Shown here: positions 1 to 12,262 of the stretch, piece after piece
Layout of the letters: the number at the start of each line of letters is the position of its first letter
Numbering within the stretch: the stretch's first letter is position 1
Assembly (NCBI RefSeq): GCF_030028105.1
Contig: NC_092380.1
Span: forward strand, 12,675,123 to 12,739,122
Reading direction: 5' to 3'
Source: Mobula birostris
Taxonomy: Eukaryota
Length of the DNA: 64,000 nucleotides
Made by a program: the position numbers and the translations under genes
The notes under the pieces: model-generated
What the model was told of the DNA's origin: nothing
Database searches by the model: none
Seen by the model: the letters and a program-made list of their open reading frames with translations, nothing else

Positions 1-924
1 GCTTGCAGGGAATAGACACATAGACCTGGAGAATATACAGGGACCCATCATGAGCTCATGTCTACTTGGCCCAGGACCAACTTGGTCAACCACCATCCAG
101 TTTCTCCCCAACTGAGGTCTTGCTTCACACACACACTATTTCCACATTCATACAGCACTTGGCATGGAAAACTTGATCCCGGGAAGTATCACTGACAACT
201 AATCCTAATGTCAACCCAACTTCCTCCAGTGCCTTTTGGGTTGCTGGAAATTCCAGTATCTGCAGTCTCTTGTGTCTCTGGCCCAGTTTATGCTGAATCT
301 AGTCCAGGAACTCTGGCCAATATGTCCTTCCAAATAACCCAAGAGTTCTTCCAACTGATCCAACCATTTCCTATTTGAATCAGCAGGCCACTTCTATCCT
401 GGTCATTCTCTCTTGTACCCCCCTCCTCATTTGGCAGAAGATAAAAAAGCATGTACCATCAGGCACAAGAGAAGTATTTACCCCAATGTTATCAGACTCT
501 TGAATGAACTTCTCATACAACTAAAGATTGAGCTCTTGATCTCCCAATCTACCTCAGCGTGACCCCAACACTTTCTTTGTCTGCCTGCACTTTCTCCGTA
601 ACTGGAATACTGTACTCTACCTTCTGTTCTATACCCCTGTCTACAACCTCAGTGATTCTGCATCGGATGCAACCAAAAGCTGTCTCAGTACACGTGATAG
701 TAATAAACCAGTTACCCAGTTACCACATCTCCTGCCAGACCAAGAGATTGTGGAGCCTGTAAATTACGTAAACGCACATTCATTATGAAGTCAGTGATCT
801 GGTGATGTGTGGTGTGAATTGGTCAAATCCATTGGATGGCTGGTTTCCCAAGGAGATTCTGTTGGGTGAACTGGTCACTGGATCATATCTAATGGATTAC
901 CTTTAAGATCCGGTATATGTGAAT

Positions 925-1325
925 ATCCTCCAAGAGGACCACAACCTTGTTGTAGGGTTTGAAGGTTTGCGTGCCTCAATGACCCGGAGAGCTATATTGG
1001 CTGGAGTCAGGACTTTATGCTTTAGCTCTGGGTAAGGTCATCCATGCCAAACAGGTCAAAGGGTAGAGGCCAGGCTAAGAGTCGTCCACTGGTCCTCCAG
1101 GCTCAGGGGTTCAGGTGATTGGTCAAACAAAACTGTTACGGAACTGGCAATGAAGAATCCTTCTACATCTGAGTGCGGCAGTATCCCTGAGTCTCCATCC
1201 GGGAGTGACATCAGTGAAAATCAAGAGGAAGCTATTGACACAATTAAGGAAGCCCCGAACACCGCCAGAGATTGAGGACCTTCACTGCTGCCCTAAACAC
1301 CAGCGGTGTAACAGGCAGGAGACTA
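925..1325 (+). mobile_element. Internally deleted non-autonomous RTE-clade (Expander/Rex3-like) element
   Basis: The 5' part resembles the RTE 5'UTR (accacaaccttgt..gtttgcgtgcctcaatga..gagctat..ccatgccaaacaggtc). The 3' part encodes an RTE-like C-terminus (RTFTAALNTSG). Recognised from memory. Confidence 0.5.
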
Positions 1326-1369
1326 ACACGATATACAGATAAGCTGGACATTCATGGAGATGACTGGAG

Positions 1370-2218
1370 GTCAGATTCAGAATCAAGTTTAAGATCACTG
1401 GCATATGTCGTGAAATTAGTTGGTTTGCAGCAGCAGTACATTCCAACACATAATAATAAAAACTATAAATCGCAATATGAAGTACAGTTATATATTAAAA
1501 AATAAGGTAAGTAAGTCGTGCAAAAAGATCAGGAATCTGATGGAGGAGGGGAAGAAGCTGTTCCTGAAACACTGATTATGTGTTTACAGTAACGTATTGG
1601 GAGAAATGTACATAGATCATAACCAGTGACATTGAGATGGGGTTTCACTTTAAGAAAAGTGACGTGATGACATTATTAGGTAAAGAGTTTTAGCATGCTT
1701 TTGTGTGTAAGTTTTGGAGTTCAACAAAATGTGTTACGGATTTCATTGAACATCAAATGCCTCACTTCATTTTATTTGTCTTCAGGCTCCTATACCTCCT
1801 CCTTGATGGTGGCAATGAGAAGGGAACATGTCCTGGGTGTTGGGGGTCCTTACTGATGAATGCTACCTCTTTGTGTGTCACCTTTTGCAGGTGGCCTGGA
1901 TGTTGGGAAGGCTGGTGCCCATGATGGTTCTGGCTGAGTTTACAACTTTCTGCAGCCTTTTCCAATCCTGTGCAGTGGCCCCTCCTTACCATTTGGTGAT
2001 GCAACCAGTTGGAATGCTCTCCACAGTACATCTGTAGAAAGTTGCAAGTGTCTTTGGTGACATAACGATTCTCCTCAAACTCTGAATGAAATATAGCTGC
2101 TGTCATGGCTTCTTTGTAGCTGCATTGATATGTCGGGCCCAGGATAGATCCTCAGAGATGTTGACACCCAGGAAGTTGAAATTGCTCACTCTTTCCACTT
2201 CTGATCCCTCAATGAGGA
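1370..2218 (-). mobile_element. Rex/Babar-type LINE 3' fragment, interrupted
   Basis: Reverse complement of the 3' part of the element at 2638-3972 (KDPQHPGH..FSLPPSRRRYRSL). Confidence 0.7.
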
Positions 2219-2637
2219 TGACCATTCAGAAGCAGCAAGTGGAAATGAGAAGCTCAGTCTAGGGCCTTCCTCTATGGCAGATACAGTGGAGATGACCAAG
2301 CTGCAGTAGACTTCTGAGATGTTGGACATTGACTTGACCACCAAATATGCAACCCCACATGGGCGGGGATCTATTTCAGCTGGACCCCATCCAATCAGGG
2401 CTGTCTCTCAGGCCCGACAAGCCTCTCACACCAACCTCTCTCATTTATGGCAGCCTGTGTCCAAGGACTCAGGAACCCCACCTCACTCATAAGGTGACAG
2501 CATACCAGCGGGCAGCAGCCATTGTCTTGGGGCAGCAGCACCTCATGCCTGAGGGGAAGTTCTCGCTTGGAATTGACAGAGAACACTCACCCAAGGTGTT
2601 TGAAACCTTGGTGTCTTAGTGACATTCCAATGTCCCA

Positions 2638-3972
2638 GTGGTTGAGAGGTTGGTCTTGACTAGACTGAACTTCTGCCTCAGCAAAGACCTGGATCCATTG
2701 CAGTTTGCCTATCGCCACAATAGGTCAACAGCAGACACAATCTCAATGGCTCTCCACACAGCTTCAGACCACCTGGACAACACAAACACCTACGTCAGGA
2801 TGCTGTTCATCGACTATGGCTCAACCTTTAATACCATCATTCCCACAACCCTCATTGAGAAGCTACAGAACCTGAGCCTCTGTACCTCCCTCTGCAATTG
2901 GATCCTCGACTTCCTAACCGGAAGACCACAATCTGTGCGGATTGGTGATAACATATCCTCCTTGCTGACGATCAACACTGGTGCATCTCAGGGGTGTGTG
3001 CTTAGCCCACTGCTCTACTCTCTGTACACACATGACTGCATAGCTCAAATACCATCTACAAATTTGCTGATGATACAACCATTGTTGGTAGAATCTCAGG
3101 TGGTGATGAGAGGGTATACAGGAGTGAGGTATGCTAACTAGTGGAGTGGTGCCGCAGCAACAACCTGGCACTCAACGTCAGTAAGACGAAAGAGCTGATT
3201 GTGGACTTCAGGAAGGGTAAGACGAAGGAACACATACCAATCCTCATAGAGGGAACAGAAGTGGAGAGAGTGAGCAGTTTCAGATTCCTGGGTGTCAAGA
3301 TTTCTGAAGATCTAACCTGGTCCCAACATATTGATGTAGTTACAAAGGGGCAAGACAGTGGCTATACTTTATTAGGAGTTTGAGGAGATTTGGCATGTCA
3401 ACAAATACACTCAAAAACTTCTATAGTTGTACTGTGGAGAGCATTCTGACAGGCTGCATCACTGTCTGGTATGGAGGGGCTACTGAACAGGACTGAAAGA
3501 AGCTGCAGAAGGTTGTAAACCTAGTCAGCTCCAACTTGGGTACTAGCCTACTAAGTACCCAGGACATCTTCAGGGAGCGGTGTCTCAGAAAGGCAACGTC
3601 CATTATTAAGGACCCCCAGCACCCAGGGCATGCCCTTGTCTCACTGTTACCGTCAGGAAGGAGGTACAGAAGCCTGAAGGCACACACTCAGTGATTCAGG
3701 AACGGCTTCTTCCCCTCTGCCATCCAATTCCTAAATGGGCATTGAATCTTTGGACACTACCTCACTTTTTTTAATATACAATATTTCTGATTTTGCATAT
3801 TTTTAAAAATCTATTCAATATACGTATACCATAATTGATTTACTTATTTTTAAGATTTTATTTATTATTATTATTATTATTTTCTCTTTGCTAGATTATG
3901 CATTGCATTGAACTGCTGCTGCTAAGTTAACAAATTTCATGCCACATGCCGGTGATAATAAACCTGATTCTG
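2638..3972 (+). mobile_element. Rex/Babar-type LINE, 5'-truncated, frameshifted RT
   Basis: [60 protein letters not shown]; 3'UTR ends gataataaacctgattctg. Confidence 0.9.
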
Positions 3973-4309
3973 GTCAGGGCATGGAGGGATAAGGGAAGAA
4001 GGCAGGAGATTGGGGCAAAGAAGAAAACTGGATCACCCATGATGAAGTAGTGGAGCAGACTCAATGGGCCAAATGGCCTAATTCTGCTCCTATACCTTAT
4101 GGTCTTTTCAAGGAGTGATTCTGTGCCAGCTGATGAGGTTTCCTGTGGCCCTCATTCAAGCTGTGAATTCAGAGACAGTCTGGACATGCTCATCAGGAGT
4201 CGAGATTGTTTAAAGGGAGACAGTGGCAACGTTTGGATGCAGGTCATAGCGTCCAGAGGTGACCATAACCAGGTTGAAGCCTGCAAAAGGTAGTGGTGAA
4301 CAGAGAAAA

Positions 4310-4812
4310 TCCTATCACAAGGTAGTGGATTCAGTCCAGTACATCATGGGCAAAGCGCTCCTAACCTTTGACCACATCTACGTGTCATAGGAAAGCAGCA
4401 TCCATCATCAGAGATCCCCACCTCCCAGAATGTGCTCTCTTCTCATTGCTGCCATCAGGTAGAGGGTACAAGAGCCTCAGGACTCATGCCACCAGGTTCA
4501 AGAACGATTACTACCCCTCAACCATCAGGCTCTTGAACAAAAGAGGCTAACTGCACTCATGCCTATCCATTGAGATGATCTCACTTTAAGGACCCTTTAT
4601 TTTGTTATTTCATGTTCTCGTTATTTATTGCTATTTATTTATATTTGCATTTGCACAGCTTGTTGTCTTCTGCACTCTGGTTGATCTTTCATTAATTCTG
4701 TCACAGTTACTATTCTATAGATTTGCTGAGTATGCCCACAGGAAAATGAACCTCAGGGTTGATTATGGTAACACATATGTATTTTGATAATAACACTTAC
4801 TTTGACTTTGAA
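4310..4812 (+). mobile_element. Rex/Babar-type LINE 3' end
   Basis: IIRDPHLP..LFSLLPSGRGYKSL..TRFKN plus 3'UTR and a short (tttga)n tail. Confidence 0.7.
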
Positions 4813-4934
4813 ACCCTTTGATATTTAATATCCTAGGACTAGAACAAATTTGGGATCTGTGCAAGGGCGGGATGTGAATAACATAGACGGGTGTGTTCAG
4901 AGAGCAGAAAAATCAACTCAACCGAGCATCTTAC

Positions 4935-5152
4935 CTCAACAGTTGTAAAGGGCTGTCGATGCCTGTCGGGAGCTTGGACCCTGAAGGTGAGACTTGCTTC
5001 AGGTTTCTGTTGAATACCTGCAGTTGTCGGTCACTGGGCCGAGCGATTAGCAAAACATCTGGGGTATAGAGTGTGGGGTCTGTGGAGGTGACTCCCATCG
5101 TTACCACGGTAACTCGATGATGGATATCACTCACATGCCCCTTTTTACTAAC
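4935..5152 (-). CDS. GARIN/FAM71-family coding exon (VSKKGHVSDIHHRVTVVTMGVTSTDPTLYTPDVLLIARP..LQLLR)
   Basis: ttacag|GTT..TTGAG|gtaag; matches the family pattern ISKRGEVIDVHNR..VTVGI..TSP.L..PDVMLLARP..LELTR. I found no further exons in 1-4934. Confidence 0.85.
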
Positions 5153-5357
5153 CTGTAATTACAACAAGATTGGCACTTATATAGCAGCCTCCGCTTCAAA
5201 AATCTTTCAAAACTCTTTGAGTGTTTTATAATGTTGTGTGTTGCTTTCATTTGCAGATTAAAACTGGACATTTAATTTAGGTTTGTATGAATTAAATCTT
5301 CAGATCCTTGACAATTATTAACACAATGGACAAAGTAAAGAATGCCCAGGCAATATA

Positions 5358-5885
5358 CACTAAGTGGCCACTTTATTAGATACCTCCTGTGCATAATAAA
5401 GTAGCCACTGAGTGTATATTCATGGTCTTCTGCTGCTGTAGCCCATCCTGTTCGAGGTCAACGTGTTGTGTGTTCATAGATGACACCCTGCACATCACTG
5501 TTGTAACACGTAGTTATTTGAGTTACTGTCACCTTCCTGTCAGCTTGAACCAGTCTGACTATTCTCCTCTGACCTCTCATTAACAAGGCGTTTTCACCCA
5601 CATGTATAGCAATGGATGTTTTTTGCACCATTCTCTGTAAATTTTAGAGACTGCTGTGTGTGAAAATCCCAGGTTATCAGTAGTTTCTGAGGTACTCAAA
5701 CCACCCCATCTGGCATCAACAATCATTCCGTGGTTAAAGTCACCATTTCTTGCCTATTCTATTGTTTGGTCTGAACAACAGCTGAACCTCTTGACCATGT
5801 CTGCATGCTTTTATGCTGCCACATGATTGGCTGATTAGATAAAAAGCAGGTGTTCAGGTGTACCTAATAAAGAGTCCATGGAGTA
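5358..5885. mobile_element. Tc1/mariner-derived non-autonomous element (MITE)
   Basis: TA-flanked TIR cactaagtggccactttattag at the left end and a degenerate complement cctaataaagagtccatggagt at the right end. There is an extra internal inverted TIR copy at about 5394-5417. Confidence 0.65.
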
Positions 5886-6299
5886 TACATACCAGTACAT
5901 CTGAGATCCCTTGAACTTTTGTCATTTGAGTTAATATTCTGTTTGGGTTGTGGCAGAAAAGCAGACAAGTCTAGTGTGGTACTGGATAAAATCCAAAGTC
6001 CAACTATTCTTCTACGTCAGCCATTGTAAAGCAAGCACAATTACTGTGTTAGTCTCGGAATCAGATTTATTACTGTTGACTTATATGACATGAATTTTGT
6101 TGTTCTGCAACGGCAGTAGAGCGCAAAAGCATTAGAAAAATTTTCAAAAATCAATGCAGAATGAAAAGGAAAAGAAATAACGAGATGGTGTTCGCAGGTT
6201 GAATAGAGACACAGAGACTGCAGGTGTTGGATAAACCCGGTGGGTCCCTGTGAGAGGAAAAGAATTGTTGTTTGAGGCCAACCAAGTTACCTGCTTAGC

Positions 6300-6940
6300 C
6301 CATAAGACATAGGATTAGAATTAGGCCATTCAGTTCATCAAGTTCACACTGCCATTTCATCATGGCTAATCCATTTCCCTCTCAACCCCATTCTCCTGCC
6401 TTTCCCACCAAACCTTCCACACATCCTGACTAATCAAGAACCTATCAACCTCTGCCTTAAATACACCCAGTGATCTGGCCTCCACAGCTGGCTGTGGCAA
6501 TGAATTTCACTCTGGCTCAAGAAATTCCTCCTCACCTCTGATCTAAATGGACTTCCTCCTATTCTGATGCAGTGCCCTCTGGTCCTAGACTCCCCCACCA
6601 TAGGAAAAAAGCCTCTCCACATCCACTCTATCGAGGCCTTTCAATATTCAATGGGTTTCAATGAGGACCCCTCCTCACTCTTCTAAATTCCAGTGAGTAC
6701 AGGCCCAAAGCCTTCAATTGCTCCTCACACAATAAGTCTTTCATTCCTGAAATCATTCTTGTGAACCTCCTTTGAACCCTCTCCAATGTCAGCACACCCT
6801 TTCTTCAATAAGAGGCCCAAAACTGCTCAAAATACTCCAAGTTAGGCCTCACCAGTGCCTTGTTGTTCAGCATTACTGCCTTGCTTTTATATTCTAGTCC
6901 TCTTGAAATGAATACCAACATTGCATTTACCTTCCTCAAC
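6300..6940 (-). mobile_element. CR1 LINE 3' fragment
   Basis: FPMVGESRTRGH..I.G..FR.E.RRNF motif and CR1 3'UTR. Confidence 0.8.
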
Positions 6941-7130
6941 TTTCAAATACCATTTACCTGCAATTTATGCACGTTACTTCGTCTATTGATGTGTAATTAA
7001 TTTGTAGATTTAATTCCTACTTTCCTAAGTCATCATGTGTTATGTGTACTACAGTGCTTTACACCCTGGTGCAGAGAAACATTGCCTCATTTGACAGTAT
7101 ACATGTATATAGTTAAAAAAATGACAATAA

Positions 7131-7160
7131 ACTTGACTTGACTTGACTTGACTTGACTTG
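7131..7160. repeat. (ACTTG)6 microsatellite tail of a LINE 3'UTR fragment starting at about 6950
   Basis: aatgacaataaacttgacttg.. read directly from the sequence. Confidence 0.8.
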
Positions 7161-8105
7161 GTGTTGGTCGGAGAAGACCGGACAGCAGCCACCCAAAGAT
7201 GCTTTGCAGTGAAACTGGATGGTGACTGCTTACACCCGTCGGTCTGCGTCCATGGAGACACCAACATCATCTGTCTCCCTTCACTGACTCTCCGCACAAA
7301 CCCCATCCTCTCCCTCACCCAGATCCCAATCCATCCCGAAGACGACTGAAACTTTTCCAGTGGCCACTTAAATCCCCTCACCCACCAGTCCCAGGTACAG
7401 CAACCTAGTGACTAGCACCAGCAACCAGGTTTCAGTTCCCTCCACTGTCTCTAAGGGGTTCTCCCCATGACCGTGAGGGTTTCTTCCGAGTGCTCTGGTT
7501 TCCTCCCACACTCCAAAAATGAGTAGTGGGCATCCTGTAGACGACAGACACTTGTGGACTGTCCCTATGAGAGATCTTGTGCTGAAATTTAGCACAGAGT
7601 GAAAGACAAACATCCTTGCAGACATATAAAGACCAAAACTGTACCAGGTAATCCAGGTGTGGTCCCACCAAAACCTTGTATAATTGTAGCAGGACATTCC
7701 TGCAACTGCATGCAAATGTTCTTGCAGAAATGACTAGCTCACCTTTGCTTCTTCACTGGACTCTGCACCTGCAGGTTTGCCTTCAGTGAATGGTGCCCAA
7801 GGCCATTCAGCCATTTTTGTACATCAGTATCTAGTTTGAAGCCTGACGGCCAAAGCCTGGGGGCCTGTCCTAGAGCTGGAGGACTGTCTGTGTGTGGGCG
7901 GGTGGATGGGAGAGAGCACAGGAGTTTGTGTTGCTGTTGTTGTTTTGTTGCTTGCTGTGTTCTGTGTGGTTCTGCCGAGCACTGAGGACATGCTACAGTT
8001 TGTTGGCACTGGCATGTGGGCCGACACTTGCGGGCTTCCCCCAGCAAATCCTTCAGTGTGTTGGTGCTAACACAAATGATGCATTTCACTGTATGCCCTG
8101 ACGTA

Positions 8106-8790
8106 CAGTGCTGTGCAAAAGTCTTAGGCACATCTATATCTAGCCAGGGTGCCTAAGGCTTTTGTACGTTTGTCAACGTGGAGCGGAGATCAAGTTTGTA
8201 AACCTGGTGGGGGCAAAGGGTGCTGGGAACGGCGAGGGTGGAGTGCCGCGGGAGGGGAGTGGAACAGGTGGCAGAGGAGTGCCAGGGTTGCAGGGTGGTG
8301 CAGGCACAGATGCACCCAGCCCTGAGACACAGGCAGGGTCATTTGATTCCGAACAATTGGGTTATTGATCATTACAGAATGTCTCTCTGATGCTTCCCAC
8401 TCCCTCCCCTTTTCCCAACCATGATTCCCCTCTCCCTGCCCCCTTCCCACTCTCAGTCCACAATAGAGACCCATATTAGATTAGATTATTCTGATATAGA
8501 TTAGATTATGAGGACACACAGTTCTCTTTTATTGTCATTTAGTAATGCATGAATATTGTTTCATTTCTTAATGCATGCATTACTAAATGACAATAAAAGA
8601 GGACTGCATGTCCTCATAATCTAATCTAATATTGGAATGAGGTTTAATATTACTCATGTATGTCATGAAAGGTTTTATTTTTTGTGGGAGCAATAAAGTG
8701 CAATATGTAAAATTACTACAGTACCATGCAAAGTGTCCAAGGCTATATATATATATATATACACACACATAAGACTTTTGAATAGTACTG
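8106..8790. mobile_element. Tc1-like MITE
   Basis: ta|cagtgctgtgcaaaagtctta ... taagacttttgaatagtactg|ta: inverted termini with TA target duplication. Confidence 0.7.
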
Positions 8791-8989
8791 TAGATGTGAC
8801 AAATACATCTGAATCTGAATTATCTCTCCATCTGCCTCCATTTAAATAATATTCCCATCAAGATGGATGACTTCACATTTATTCACATTGTACATTACAA
8901 AAGCACCTCTAACATGCCCCACAGAGTACTGACTACAGAGCTGACCAGTCTGAGTGGAGCTCCACTCAGTGGTGATGTTTTCACCTCAC

Positions 8990-9155
8990 CTGCACGAAGT
9001 TGCTTTCAAACACAGGGGCTGACTTGAAGAGCAAGAAGTCGCCATCATAAAGATGTTGCTGCATCTCTCCAGCATGCAAGGTTGGCGCAGCGCCGATGTC
9101 CTCAAGAAGTTTGTAAAACAAGTAGGATCTGATATCGAGTGTGGCCTTTTCTGAA
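8990..9155 (-). CDS. GARIN/FAM71-family (Golgi-associated RAB2 interactor) coding exon
   Basis: GEMQQHLYDGDFLLFKSAPVFESNFVQ matches the family motif G.LQ..LY.GEY..FKYAP.FES.F.Q; donor CAG|gtgagg in phase 0. The acceptor position (aag at 9156-9157) is less certain. Confidence 0.8.
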
Positions 9156-9590
9156 CTTGACAAGACGTTGGGATTTAATATAAACAGCACAGAATATTAA
9201 TGATTCTTGACAGAAGTTTTTCAAAGATTGAGTCATGAGAGCTTTCAAAACCAGCTCCCCAGTGTCTTTGAACACATGTATCTGTTCAAAGTACATTAAA
9301 GTTCAACAGTTGTACAAATGAAAGGTATTTCACATTGGAATGTTCTCTCTCTGGTCTAAGCAGCATGTATTCCTAATGAACACAGCAAAGGCGATGCGTT
9401 CAACATCATTCAGACATCATTGGGAAAAAAATGGTGCTTCTTACTGAACTCCTCCGGTGGAGTTAATACATTGACAGTTTTCCAACTATGACATAAAGTC
9501 ATGGAGCACAAAACAGGTCTCTCTGTGCCAGCCAAGATGCCCATCTAAGTTAGTCCCACTTGCCTGCATTTGACCCGTATCCCTCTAAAC

Positions 9591-9669
9591 CAGGGGTTCC
9601 CAACCTGGGCTCCACAGACCCCTCGGTTAATGGTAAAGTTCCTTGGCTAAAAAAGTTTGGGAACTCCTG
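9591..9669. mobile_element. hAT (Charlie-like) mini-MITE
   Basis: TIR caggggttcccaa/ttgggaactcctg; near-identical 8-bp flanks ctctaaac/ctctaagt. A second copy lies at 35799-35877. Confidence 0.7.
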
Positions 9670-9679
9670 CTCTAAGTGC

Positions 9680-9880
9680 CGCAGCCTATAAGGGGTTTGC
9701 ACGTTCTCCACGTGACCGCGTGGGTTTCCTCCCACAGTCCAAAGACCTACTGGTTTGCCAGTTAATTGGTCATTGTAAAGTATCTTGTGATTAAATGGGT
9801 TAAATGGGGGGATTGTTGGGGGGGGTGTGGCTCGAAGGGTTGGAAGGGCCTGTTCTGTGTTTTAATCTAAATAATTAAAT
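9680..9880 (+). mobile_element. V-SINE (HE1-like) fragment with CR1-derived tail
   Basis: Central domain gtttgcacgttctcc.cgtgaccgcgtgggtttcctccca. Related copies lie at about 7440-7520, 37050-37230, 52470-52730 (-) and 53420-53730. Confidence 0.65.
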
Positions 9881-11759
9881 AAATTCCTTTCCATATTCCT
9901 GTTCAAATTTCTTTTAAACATTGCTATTGTATCTGCTTCAACTACTTCCTCTGGCAGCTTGTTCCGTATATACACGCCACTCCTTGTGTGAAGATGTTGA
10001 TGTACTAATTCCCATTAAATCTAGCTCCTCGCACCTTAGACCTCTGGTTCTTTGCTTCACAATCCTTGGATAAGAATTGTGTGCATTGTCCGTATCTATG
10101 ATCCTTAAGATGATAAGATCACCCCTCAGTGTCCTATGCAACGCTGTGGAGGCCAAGTCATTGGGTATATTTAAGGCAGAGGTTGATAGATTCTTGATTT
10201 GTCTGGCATGAAGGGATAGTGGGAGAAGACAGGAGATTGGGACTGAGAGGGAAAATGGATCAGGATGATGAAATGACAGAGCAGAGTCGATGGGCCAAAT
10301 GGCATAATTCTGCTTCTATATCTTATGGTCTGGAGTATTAGCCTGACCAACCTCTCCCTGTAATCCAGTCCCTTGAGTTCTAGCGACATCCTCAAAAACA
10401 GGACAATCTAACTAATCATCCCAATTGTCAACAAAGTGATGGAAGATGTCGCTAATAGCACACACTCAAAAACAGCCTGCTTCACTGATGCACACTCTGA
10501 ATTCTGACATTGAACTCCAGACCTCATTACAACCTTGGTGTAAACATAGAACAAAGGGCTGGAAGTCCGAAAGAAAGCTGGGAGTTGACAAGTAAACCAA
10601 GTGCCAGGGAACAATCTACTCGGAGATGGGGATGTCTTCATAAGCCCCCAGCATCCACTCCCTGCGGGGATGGTCACCACTGAATGAAAGCTGCCAGCGG
10701 CTGTAAGAGCAGGGCAAAAGTTAGGCACCTTGTGGTAAGTGGGTCACTTCCTGCCACCTCAACACCTCTCAACTATCTACAAGATCCTGAATGGCTTGAG
10801 TGCTTGTTGTATCTGGTTGATTATTCCTGCTCTGGTGTTTATCCCAGCATTGATGTTAACCCCCTTCTCTAGAGCGTTATCAGATGATTTTCTGTTTTTA
10901 TCTTTGCTGCATACATAACTCTTACCATTCTGAGACATTCAAGAATCACAGAGTCATATAGCATGGAAACAGGACCTTTGACCCAAATCGACCATGATGA
11001 CCAAGTTGCCATCCTCAGCTAGTCTCATTGGTCTGCATTTGGCCCACATCCTTCTAAACCTTTGCTCTCCATTTACCAGTTCAAATGCCTTTTAAACATT
11101 GTCATTGTACCTGCCTCTACCACCTCCTCCAAACAGCTCAACACCATTCAGGTCAAAGCAGCCCAGCTGAATGGAGCAACACAAACAAAATGCTGGAGGA
11201 ACCCAGCAGGTCAGGCAGCATCTATGGAGGGGACGTTTTGGGCTGAGACCATTTTTACAGGACTGGAAAGGAAAGGGAGAAGTCAGAGTAAGTAAGTGGG
11301 GGGGGGGTAAGGAGAGTTCCTCCAGCATTTTGCATGTAATGCTTTGGATTTCCAGCATCTGCAGACTTTCTTGTGTTGTCGTCCAGTTGATTGGGACCTC
11401 GTCTGCCTAAACATGAATTCCAGCCACACTGCACTAGGACAAAGTCCAACCCAACAAGTCTCACAGCATCCAGACATCAAGTTCTAGTTCAAGTTTTATT
11501 GTCATTCAACCATACACATGTATACCGCCAAACGAAACTATATTCCTCCAGACCAAGGTGCACAACTCACATATAACTCACCATTAACAAGTAAAGTGAT
11601 ATTACCACAAATAAATTAACATATAATAAAATTATAACAGAGTTTCTGATAAGAGGTCATCCACCCCTCCCAAACATTACGATTTTTTCTCTCTCCTCGG
11701 TTATTGTCTGAATATTTAGATCACCGAACATTACAGGCCCTTGCAATAGCCATGCATTC

Positions 11760-12030
11760 CACGGATAACGGAACCCGCAGGGGAATCAAACAACTCGCCC
11801 CGTGGTCCCAGCTCTTACCAGATCCCGGACTCCCTGGACTCGGCGGGCTGATCGGTCATTGAAACGCGTACATGTAACCAGGAAGCCGTCTACCGGGCCG
11901 TCGCATTATTGGCGACGGTACTGGGCGCGGCTGAAGTCAGCGGTGAGGGCAGAGAGGACCGTCTGTTCGCGCACAAAGGCGCGGGGGTTACGGGAGTTCT
12001 GTCGCAACGAGTCAGAGTCAGGGTCAGAAC
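11760..12030. promoter_or_regulatory. CpG island, promoter of the GARIN-like gene
   Basis: Sharp local CpG enrichment in otherwise CpG-poor DNA, overlapping the putative first exon. Confidence 0.65.
11819..11859 (-). CDS. GARIN/FAM71-family gene, putative first coding exon (MTDQPAESRESGI)
   Basis: ATG inside a CpG island, strong donor TCTG|gtaaga, phase 2 compatible with the acceptor at 9155. No homology support. Confidence 0.5.
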
Positions 12031-12262
12031 GGGCAATGAATACTCTGAGCGGGGGTATGGTGCATTGGCTTTACACAAGAGGACAGGTCCCCTGAGCACA
12101 CACACAAACACAGATCAAGGGTATAACACCGAGAGTAGGGATATATACGTACTGGAGTAAGGATATTCAAGGGGCCAAAGACATCTGGATCGAGGGTTAG
12201 GAAAAATCTCCCAGAGCCAGAAGAGTTATCTAAATTAGGAATAAATGCGGGAGCAGAGATAA

